A stretch of 64,000 nt of DNA from Eremomyces bilateralis CBS 781.70 (Eukaryota). Where the stretch lies: the NCBI GenBank assembly GCA_010015585.1, contig ML975155.1, one strand, 5' to 3'. The notes beneath the pieces were generated by a model, which was not told the origin of the DNA, searched no databases, and saw only the letters and a program-made list of their open reading frames with translations. Numbering within the stretch: position 1 is the first letter of the stretch; each line of letters opens with the position of its first letter. The position numbers and the translations under genes are program-made. This document shows positions 23,829-33,800 of the stretch, piece after piece.

Positions 23829-25380
23829 CTCGCACCCCACGCCCATTACAAGTAATAGGCGCTATCCACCTCAATGTACACGAATCTGAGGTAAGGTCTA
23901 CCATTCTGTATACATATATGAAAACACGCTATTTTTGCGGATTTAGCATAGAAACACGTAGGAAATAGGCTAATCTTCCCCTATATGAAATTACATCAAT
24001 ATTAAATAGATTGGCGGGCTGATGAGCCGCTCTTCGCCTCTGACGATCACCACCACCAATACGACATCACCAACTTTGAACTCCTCTACCACCACGAATA
24101 AAGAAGATATTAGGAAGGTCAATCCGTAGATACACGCTATGAAGAGGCAGCTTTCGCCTAAGGGGCGTTTTCCCGTGCCTTGCGTGCCATTTCCGCCCTT
24201 TTTCGGTCTCGGACTTATTCCCGTTCCTCCTTCTGTTTTTCCTTTTCCAGACGCTCTGTCTCCCTATTGTCGACGATATGACGACATTCCTCAATTGATA
24301 ATAGACCACCGCTGAAAACGTGTCGTCGTGACACGTTATCATTGAGCTTACGCATGCGTTTTGCGAGGTCTGATTCGTGAAGGTCTAGCATGGCCTTTTT
24401 CGCCTCCAAGGCCTGTGTCTGCGCGCCGTGATTGAGCTGATTGATGCGGGCGACCAGGTCGGCTGGAACGTCCGCCACCTTCAATATCTCCTCCTGTATA
24501 TGATCCACCAATCGCTGTGTCCCTCGTACTGTTTTTGGCGTGGTGAAAATGATATCGGTTGGAGGTGGAGGCGTAACCGGACGGGCAGTTTCGGTTTCGT
24601 CGGGGATCTGATTCTCTGTGCAGACCTCATGAAATGCGGAAAACCAGTCGGTATTATCCTGTACGTTCTCTGCGTTCCTTCGCTTCAGATCTCGCATCCG
24701 CTGTTTCTTTGCCAATATATCTGGATGACGGTCGAGGAATCGCTTCACCCAGCGGTTTCCAAGAGGCGGTGGCTGACCAGGACTAGTATGATATTCGCTC
24801 ATCGCCTAGGTCGCTGCACCCTATAATTATTCCTTGGTTGGAGACATCCGGAGCTTCTCTAATCGTCTCACGTACTGGACCAGGAAGACCTCTATAGGCG
24901 CGGGGATCCGGAGATTCGTTCGTGGGCGTTGACCCCGCCCGGGGATGCCCATGAGGCGATTCGTGACGCGGCGCTATTCAACGCGGTGGGCTCGAGCTGC
25001 CTCTGCGGCTGATGGAAAAAGTCCTTCTGCATATTAATCTGCAGCCAATTTGATGCGATTCTCTATCTTTTCTTTCTCAGATTTCATGATGGGGTGAGGG
25101 ATAGGCATGATTCAATTTTGGGGGTGGGTTTTGGGGTGGAAGAGTGGTTAGATTGGGCGGCATATCAAACCACGATGGAAATGAATTAGAATTTCAAACA
25201 ATATCTAGCAGCTTAGATAATTGGATTAAATTCACTAATCCACCAAAATAAGTACGGAATACTGCAATGGTGCGAAGATAACACGCTTCGACGCGTCCTG
25301 GGACTATTTCATGTACATTGAGGTGGCTTGTCCGTTGAGGTGGATAGCGCCCATTACTTGTAATGGGCGTGGGGCGCGAG
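23829..25380 (-). mobile_element. Non-autonomous pogo/Fot1-like DNA transposon with TIRs and TA target duplication; transposase internally deleted and mutated
   Basis: TIRs CTCGCACCCCACGCCCATTACAAGTAAT... (23829) and its inverse ending at 25380, with TA at 23827-28 and 25381-82. Transposase remnant from ATG 25087 (HTH/CENP-B-like, LGNRWVKRFLDRHP) has 5 premature TAA/TAG stops and is fused directly to the C-terminal TPPPP..TPKT region, so the DDE domain is missing. Confidence 0.9.
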
Positions 25381-25961
25381 TAGCTGAGATTTGTCCCCCA
25401 CGTTTTTGAGATTTGCCCCCCCTTTGAGATCTGTCGTCGCAGGCCAAGGCATCAGCTCTTGGAGCCTGAGGCTACAAACTGCATTAATAATCTTGGCATG
25501 AGTCTCGTATATGCAAGGCGAGGCGAAGGCGGCATTCGATAGCTAGGGTAGAAAGCTGTATTGGTTACTACTAAACCAAGCAACATGTATTAGATACCGG
25601 TCAAAATATTTTCCGTATTCCAGAAAGGATCCTGATCTGGCCTAAGATATAAAATCAAAGACCGCAGATTTCTGCGGTTGTTGATGCTAGATCGACCGGA
25701 ATAGATGCAGGGCCGGGGGACCAGGCATTGACATAGAACACACAACTTGCACAATACAACTCTGCTGCTTGTCATAAAACATTATCCGTCCTTCGAACCA
25801 TTAATTAGCACATCCCAGTGCGACAACCATCTCCAACTTCCCCAGATTCTGGGGAAGCTGGGTGCCCGGCAGCCAGAAAATACCATGTCCTGAACCAATC
25901 AAAGCTATCACGGCGGCGAGGGAAAGTGCCGTGCCCACCTCGTCCGAGATGGTATGATCGC

Positions 25962-26247
25962 CTACTACGGTATCAGGCATAATAATTGTTAGTGCAACGC
26001 CATTGCAGGGTTTTAACGCTAACCATTTATAACCAATTCCATTCGAATACGATTACTAATATACCTTTACCATCGCGTATGTCCTCCTTGCGCATTGATA
26101 ACGTCCTGAGTAGTGAAATAATTACTGAACTAGCGGTAATATAATGTGATTACTAAATTAATTTAGTATATTTTATTGTAAATGGTTAGCGCCAAAACCC
26201 CTGCAATGGCGCTGCACTAACAATTATTATGCCTGATACCGTAGTAG
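25962..26247. mobile_element. MITE-like element with ~70-bp terminal inverted repeats and AT-rich core
   Basis: ctactacggtatcaggcataataattgttagtgca... at 25962 is inverted at ...tgcactaacaattattatgcctgataccgtagtag ending 26247; TA dinucleotides at both ends; non-coding. Confidence 0.85.
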
Positions 26248-26324
26248 TTTTGCCTCTGCTGCTAGGCGCTGACCCTTCCGGCACAGACCAGGGCCTCTCC
26301 TATTGGAGAGACTAGCCTTGGCTG

Positions 26325-26334
26325 CGGTGCACCG
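26325..26334. promoter_or_regulatory. CGGTGCACCG palindrome, candidate Zn2Cys6 site upstream of the salicylate-hydroxylase-like gene
   Basis: CGGT-N2-ACCG about 290 bp upstream of ATG 26623. Confidence 0.45.
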
Positions 26335-26622
26335 TCTTCCGCCGTGACAGACAGTACTCTCAATGGTCTCCTCTTCATATTGGACGGTACAGAACTGTTC
26401 TGTCCTTGTCTCTCTGATCTCGAGAGCATCGCCCCTACGTATTGCTCTGGTTCCGGCTCTATTCTCCACCTCCGCGGTGAACCACGGAGTCCGTGGCTCG
26501 GGCAGTTTAACGAATAGCAAGCCAAGTAACGGACTAGCATGATAATCTTGATATATGAATAAATCGCATCCAACCCTCAGGGTATTCATGAGAATCATAA
26601 ACTTTGCCGAAGAACTTTCGAG

Positions 26623-28260
26623 ATGGGTGAACTCAATACCTCAAAGCCTTTTCAGGTCATCATTGTTGGCGCCGGTATTGGTGGTCTTGTTTGCGCTATT
26701 TCCTCCGCTCGTGAAGGACTCGCTGTGAAAGTGTTGGAAAGAGCTCCAGAGATTTTGCCCGTATGTTTGTTTCAACCATTCTCTTAAAAGGTTTGCCTTT
26801 AAATTTCGCAGATTGGTGCTGGGATTCAGATTCCACCTAATGCCGCTCGGATTCTTGCCTCTCTTGACCTCTTACCCAAAATTCGGGAGACGGCGATTGA
26901 AGTGCAGAAGCTAAATTTTAGGCGGTACGAAGATGGTCGACTACTTGCTTCGCGCAAATCACGTTCACACGCTCAATGGTTGTGAGTGATATGAGCTCAC
27001 CAGAATTCTATACAGTATTTTTAACCTGGGCCAGTGTGATTCATCGAGCAGATTATCATCAAGTCCTTTTGGACGAGGCCAAACGACTTGGCGTCGAGAT
27101 TCAGCTGAATGCTTCAGTAAAAGACATCAGCTTCGAGGACGGTGTCGTATACCTGGAGGATGACACAACTCTCAAAGGCGATGTCGTAATTGGTGGCGAC
27201 GGTAGTTATAATGATTTGCTCACAAACCATCCATGGTCAAATGGTCGCTGACAGACCGCGTTTTCACCAGGTCTTTGGTCGACAACACGAGAAAAGCTGC
27301 TTGGAAAGGATTCGCAGCCTTTTCAGACGGGGGACTTGGCATACCGGGGGACATTTACTTTGGAGCAATTGGAAGCCCTCAATGATCCACGAGTCGAAGA
27401 GCTGTGCAAAGAACCCGCCGTAACTGTCTGGTTTGGTCCAGAGAAGCACTGCGTTTTCTACCCGGTTCGCGGCGGTACCCAATTCAACCTGGTATTACTC
27501 CGACCTGATAACCTCCCTCAAGGAACAAGAACTGTGAAAGGGGATATTGAAGAAATGAGGTACACCTTCCATGGATGGGATAGCGTGTAAGTGCATTTTC
27601 GATTAGAAGATCTAACCTGGAATAGTCTGAAGTACTGTAGGAGCTAACAAATCAATAGCTTGACGAAGATTATCAGCTGCATTCCTTCGGTACTCAGGTG
27701 GAAACTGTGTCACCACGACGAACTCGATACATGGACCAAGGTGAGGCCAAACAAATCTTTTGGAATCGCAGCAGTTGCTTATTCCGCGGCAGGGTCGCGT
27801 TGCCCTTCTCGGTGACGCATGCCATCCGACTCTACCTTACCAGGCTCAAGGCGCGGCGATGGCCGTTGAAGATGGTGCAATTCTTGGCAGGTTCTTGGGG
27901 AAACTATTTCTGCTACTCCAAAATGGAAGCATTTCACCAGCATCGGAGGCCGAAAGCATTTCGCGGGTGTTAAAGCTGTATGAGACAATTCGAAAGCATC
28001 GCACCACTCAGAATGTTCAGGGCGCCATCAGCAACAGGCATTTTTACCATCTGCCAGATGGGCCGGAACAGCAAAAGCGAGACGAAGAGATGGCAAAGCA
28101 TTCGTTCACTACCGAAACTTCCGAGTACAAGTTTTTGGACATGAAGTACAATGCTGATCTTCTAGAGGTTCCTGTGCTCAGGGAAGCCGGGAAAGCTTTT
28201 GACAGTTGGTGGTCAAGTCACACGGAAGATAAAGGTGAAGGAAATCGATCCCTGATGTAA
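26623..28260 (+). CDS. FAD-dependent monooxygenase, salicylate-hydroxylase (NahG/ShyA)-like
   Basis: VIIVGAGIGGL, IGAGIQIPPNAARIL, IHRAD, VIGGDGLWS, GDLAYR and LLGDACHPTLPYQAQGAAMAVEDG motifs; five introns (first at 26761-26811). Confidence 0.88.
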
Positions 28261-29471
28261 CTGTCTACTACAAATTGGCATACCGGTAGTTAACGGCGCT
28301 GCTGTATCGCAATTCCCTAGTCAGTTAGGATCCTGTACGGCGGTCGATTAGACACACTTGATCAAAACCAAAAAACCATCAAAACTCAAAGCTCAAAATG
28401 AGGTTGGAATATAAGATCGCGTTGTACCCAATCCCTTCAACGATGAAGCGTGCTGTGAGATAAATAGCGGTTTCGCTCAATCCGGTGATTAATGCAGCGA
28501 CACGGTGGAAAACCCCGTTAGATTCCAAAAGAGCGTAGATAGATTGAACTTGATCCTCTAGAGCCGGATCCTACGAAAATAGGCTGTTCCTGCAGCTATT
28601 TTATATGGTTTACAATGGTGATCTTTTCCCTAAAAAGGGAAAGAATAGGGGTATAGAATCGAATACGGAATGAAGCCGTGGAAAAACGCCAAGAAACACA
28701 GATATTCTGTGACACAAATTGTGCAGAGCGAACTTCATCCTTCTATGGATGTGGTCGACACGGTGCAATGTGCAGCGAGTGATGCAAATCAGCCTTGACA
28801 GGGAAAATACGAAAAAACCTTGTATCAGAGGAGAACGCGAACAAAAGCGAGGATGCTTCAATACTTATCACCTTACATTGCTGCACATGTGCCTCGGTAT
28901 ATATATCATTGGTCTAATCCAGTCGGCAAACATTTTGGGGTAAAGGTTGGGTTATATTTCAGTCGAGACCCCATCCTCTTGCACGCAACCACCAAGCCTT
29001 ACAGAAATGTCAGTCAGCCAGTGGAGTGAAGACTGAGAGCAATAGCTGGGGGATCAACTTAGCATGCTAACATGATTCTCTTCCCTTGATAACCCCGCAT
29101 TGTCATGTCTTTCAACAATGCCCTTTGCCAACTACTGGAGATGCACAACTTTACGAGGCCGGGAGAATACTCAACGCCACAAAAGTCTGCAAGCCGTATC
29201 TGCCTAGATGCTCTCCGTATTCATAGCCGACAGAGATTAAAGCTTCACTCTGACCGGTCTGCATTTTTGAAGGATGCAAGCAGAGGAAGACACTATATAT
29301 CATGCCATCTTCGAGGCCGGCGGCTTCACACCACTGATTATTCTGCTTGGACTCTTTTCTATAGTCCTGTCATTTGCTGAATTGATACATTATCTCCATT
29401 CTGCAGTCTCTTTACTATCCTTTGGCTGTGTTAAACGACCATCTTAATTGGTAATATCAAGGACGACCGTC

Positions 29472-30226
29472 ATGCATCCTGTGGAAATTTTCCTGCTGGC
29501 CAGCGCCTCTGTAGCAAGCGCTACCCTGTCGATGGGACAGAAGCGCGTTGAAATGGACCTTAGACGAATCGTGGCTCGTCAGTCCTGGATTTCCATCCCC
29601 ATAATTTGCTCGTTCGTACCTCCGCCAGTGACCTGCGCGCGGTCCTGCGGTGCCGGATACGTTGAATGTGGCGCATCAACGTGCTTTAAACCAAGTCGAG
29701 GAGACATATGTTGCAGTAATGGAAGTGAGTTGCCCGCCGCTGGAATACACTATCAAATTCACTGTGCCGAGCTCGTGCATCAGTGCGGTGCAATGTCCTA
29801 GATACTGATTCGAGTGGCATAGAATCCTGCCCTCAAGGGACATACTGCAGCGATGGCGGCTGCTGTGACAATGGTGATTCCCTCGCAGAGTGCGGTGCAT
29901 CAGTCACCCTTGCTACAGTTGCTTCTGCAGCACCCATCCCTACTACCACATCGTCGCGTTCGTCTTCGGTTTCAACCTCAAGCCGGACGCGGTCCTCCTC
30001 CTCGAGCTCTGGCCCGAGCTTGTTACCGACTGTATCACGGAGCACTGGAGGAACGGGTTCTAGGACACCTTCGGCTGTTTCGCCAACGCGTTCAACGACC
30101 TCAAGCCCTCCCCCGACTGATAGTCGTCCGCCGCAAGTCATGGGGAATGCTGCTGCACAGATTGGCACGTCTGCGGGTATCATCGGTGTTCCGTTCGCTG
30201 TTGTGTTGTTAGCGATAGGGCTTTGA
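29472..30226 (+). CDS. Secreted Cys-rich, Ser/Thr-rich, probably GPI-anchored cell-surface protein
   Basis: Signal-peptide-like N-terminus, CARSCGAGYVEC..CF.PSRGDICC..CP.G.YC..GCC domain, S/T stalk, hydrophobic C-terminus after GNAA; intron 29725-29822. Confidence 0.8.
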
Positions 30227-30379
30227 GTGGTTTATTTTGGTGGGATCTGGGTGGAATAGTCTAATGCACTGTAACATCTGGATGATAGTCGAAGTGTGCC
30301 TATGGGGCTCATTGAGGATCACAACAGAGTGACAGGAAGATTTTGGAATTGCTAATATTTTGGACTGACCTAGTTCTCT

Positions 30380-30845
30380 TTGCTACTTATACACAAATCC
30401 ATTGAATCAGACCCTGCTTGTGCTTTGTTGATATCTCAACGTGCAGCTCTAGCGAAAATTGTTGTCGAGTGCTAGGGACCTTGAGTAGTCCGGTTGGCGG
30501 AACTGAAGAAGAATATTGCTCTTTAGCTGACCGAGTGCCCGTTGCTCATACCCACCAAGTTCATTGAACCAGAGCCTGACACTGCTATTATTGAGATATT
30601 TCAACGTGCTGCTCCAATGAAGCTTTGTTCCAGCGCCAAGGACATTGGGTAGTCCAGTTGGTGGTGCCGAAGAAGAATGTTGCTTTCCTGTACCCATCGC
30701 TATTTATACACCTTATTCGTTGAATCGACCCGAACCGCATTGTGTGCTGTCGTAGAGATATCACAGGGACGTGCCTCACGGAGATTTTGGTCGAGCCTCA
30801 GTGACTCTGAATTTCCCGACTGGTGGAGTCGGGGGAAATTGCGCT
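30380..30845. repeat. Three degenerate tandem copies (~160 bp) of the SNF2 gene's last codons plus 3' flank
   Basis: Anchors ttgaa(t/c)c at 30402, 30564 and 30720; gatat..ca(acgtg) and cagt/cggttgg..gaagaagaat.ttgc recur at the same period. Confidence 0.7.
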
Positions 30846-33800
30846 CCAGGTGGAGGGCTCGGTATTGCTCCAGCCATGTGCGTGGTGGGAGTTCCATAGG
30901 AGCTCGCATAAGACGCGGATGATGCATGTCCACTGCCAGACATGACAGGATGGCCGTTGTGTGGTCCCCAAGACAGAGTATGAGAGCCCGTGTTTGGTCC
31001 CGAAGGCATGAAGGACGTCGAATACGGTGGAGGAGGCATGGTCGAGTTGGTACCGTGGCCAACCGGGTAGCCCCCAACCGGTGCACTAGATGGTGGGATG
31101 ACAGAATAGCCTCCGTGTGAGGGGTAACCCCTATACACCACATGAGGCTGGGCGTGGTGACTGAAGGGTGTCGCAAAGTGATGGTCTGAGGGAGTAGCGT
31201 ACGGCCCTTGTTGAACAGCGACCCCAAAGCTTTGGCTAGATGCCGGAGCCATTGCAGAGCTGGGATAGGGAGAGTAAACACCTAACCTCGATGAGGTTTG
31301 CAGTTGCCTCAATAGCTCCGGTGAACTTTCCAGCCTTTTGACTTCCTCGGCAGCTTCCTCGATCTCATCCTTGGTAAACTCGTCTTCCTCCTCAATTCGG
31401 AACGTCTCGGTTGTTTCGATCTCCGTAATAGATGGATGGTGACTGTCGGTGGAGGAAATTCTCAGAATCTGATCCAGGACTTTCGAGTCCTTCCCTTTGA
31501 ACTCATCAAGCGTTTTGAAGTCAGCATCTTTCGGCGGATCGAAATAATCCTTGGGTTTCGTCGCGGCGCTCTTGAGATGCATATTGTCCAAAGCTTGGAT
31601 GAAAAGTTGCTTCTTGTGGATCTGGACATTCTTTAGCTTTTCCTGGGAGGTGCCAGCAGCGATGAAGCGGTAGACAAAAACATCTTTCTTCTGGCCAAGG
31701 CGGTAAGCTCGACCGATTGCTTGCTCTTCATAGGAGGGATTGAAGGCCAGATCGAATATTACCACTCGGCTCGCTCCGGGCAAATTGAACCCTGTTCCTC
31801 CTGCAGCACTGATGAGGAATACTGGGACATCTCCCTTATTGAACTGCTTGGAGAGTCCCTGTCGCCACTGGCTTGGAACTTGGCCATCCACACGAAGGGA
31901 ACTGATTCCCAGTGAAGTAAGCAGCGTTTGCACATAGTTGAGGACCGGAATACTGGCGGAGTAAACCAGAAGCTTCTCCTTGGCACTGATTGTGCTCTGC
32001 ACAAGGCGGACGAACAGATCCATTTGGTGGGAGAGAGAATGTTCTCGACCCTCAGTCCCGACCATTTCCTCAATGATCTTGACGATTTTGTCACGAAGGA
32101 TCACCAGGCTGTTAGCCACTGGTGTGAAAGCAACTCCATTCTCAGCCCCCGTATCTTCGCTCTTCTCTGAATCCTGACCTGGCAGTGGAGAGCCAGGCTG
32201 ATTCCTCACTTCCAGATTCTTTGACTCCAACCGCTTCTCAATCCGATCCAGTAACAGGATCGGGTGGTTGCATACCAACCCAAGGTCCCCAATGCCCGTC
32301 AAAAAGGACTCTGGAGTTGGCTGTTCCCCCAGCGTCTTTGGTCCCTTATCAAGAAACCATTGGACATAGCATTCATATACTGCTTTCTGGACTTCCGTCA
32401 ACGGCACATGGATGAGAAATTCTACCTTGGGGGGAAGGACAATGTCGCGTTCCGGGTCACTGATGACGGATATCATGTCTCGAAACTGAACCTTCGGTGC
32501 GATTGTCCGCTTCAAGACTTCGAGAAGTTTCAACGCCCTTCGCCGAGTAGCTTTGTCGCAGTTTTTGTAGAGACCATTGGTGATGGGATTCTGATAGATG
32601 GCTCTGAACTTCAATAGCGACCCAAGGTAGTCTGGATCAACCCAATCAATGAGCGAGTAGTATTCTTCCAGGTTGTTGCTCAACGGGGTTCCAGTCAAGG
32701 CGATTCGACTTCTCGTTTTGAATTGGCCCATCACACCTCGCACCCGCCCGGTCGTGTTCTTCATCATGTGGGCCTCATCGGCAATCACGATTGTTGCTGC
32801 ATTGAAGATCGCTTCTGCGTAATCAGTTTTTCCTTTTTCCATGGCGAGGAGCGGATATCCAACGATAAGGGTGCCTCCCGTATGAACCCAATCTGTTGCA
32901 ACTAACGCCCTGTAATGTGCGGGGACTTCGCGATCCAGAAGCCGGACCGGGCTAACCAGGTGACTTTTCGAAGCTGGCACCCAATGCTTGAGTTCATCTT
33001 CCCAATTCTTAATGAGAGCAGGTGGACATACTAGGACAGCATGAAGTTTCGGTTGTATTGCCTTCGTTTGTACGGCCTTTTGCTGCAAGGCTTTCGGTTG
33101 TAAGGCTTTCGGGATCTGAGCTTTCCCGTCCTCGTCTTGACATGCATCTGCAATCGTCAAGAGCAATGTGATTGATTGAATCGTTTTTCCCAAGCCCATT
33201 GTGTGAGCCAGGAGACAACCACCGCCACCATTGACAACCTCGCGCCACATGAACCTTACACCCTCAATCTGGTGTTTGTACATCTGTGAACCAATGTGTG
33301 GGTCGATGAAGATCCCTTTCTCTTGGTCTTGGGAATTCACGCGAACCATCCTTGAGCTGTTGCCCAGTCCGACGGGAGATGATGCTTGGAAAGTAAGGTT
33401 AGATTTCTGCATGCGCAGTTGTGCCGCTCTGACCTTGACCTTTGTTTCCTCGCTCATCTTGACTGTCTTCCTTTTTCGGGGTGTCAATTCGAATGCCAGT
33501 GCTTCCGCATCCAACTCGTCTTCAGACTCCGAGTCCGGAGACCTAGACATTTGGTGTTTCTTTTCGGGGATGGTGATGAGCCCCCTGCCAACAAAAATTT
33601 GAGCGTTTTGAAGGAATGTCTTCGCAGATCCACGAAGCTTCATTGGCTCCCTGATGAAACCGATCAGCTTTTGGCAGTCATCTTCGTCAAAATCTGGGGC
33701 CTGTTCGGAGATGTATGCATGGTCGCATAGATCATATGCAATGAACAACTTCGCAGCAAAGAAGTATGTTGCGCTACTCGTCTCTGACTCGCCCCTCAAG

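Noticed and set aside
25385..25436. Three TGAGAT(T/C)TG repeats just right of the pogo TIR
   Set aside because: Too short and not seen in other cluster promoters; no function can be argued
7419..28260. Interpretation as a secondary-metabolite biosynthetic cluster
   Set aside because: No PKS, NRPS, terpene synthase or prenyltransferase in the window; FAH + AACS + uptake-type MFS fit catabolism better, although a backbone gene outside the window cannot be excluded
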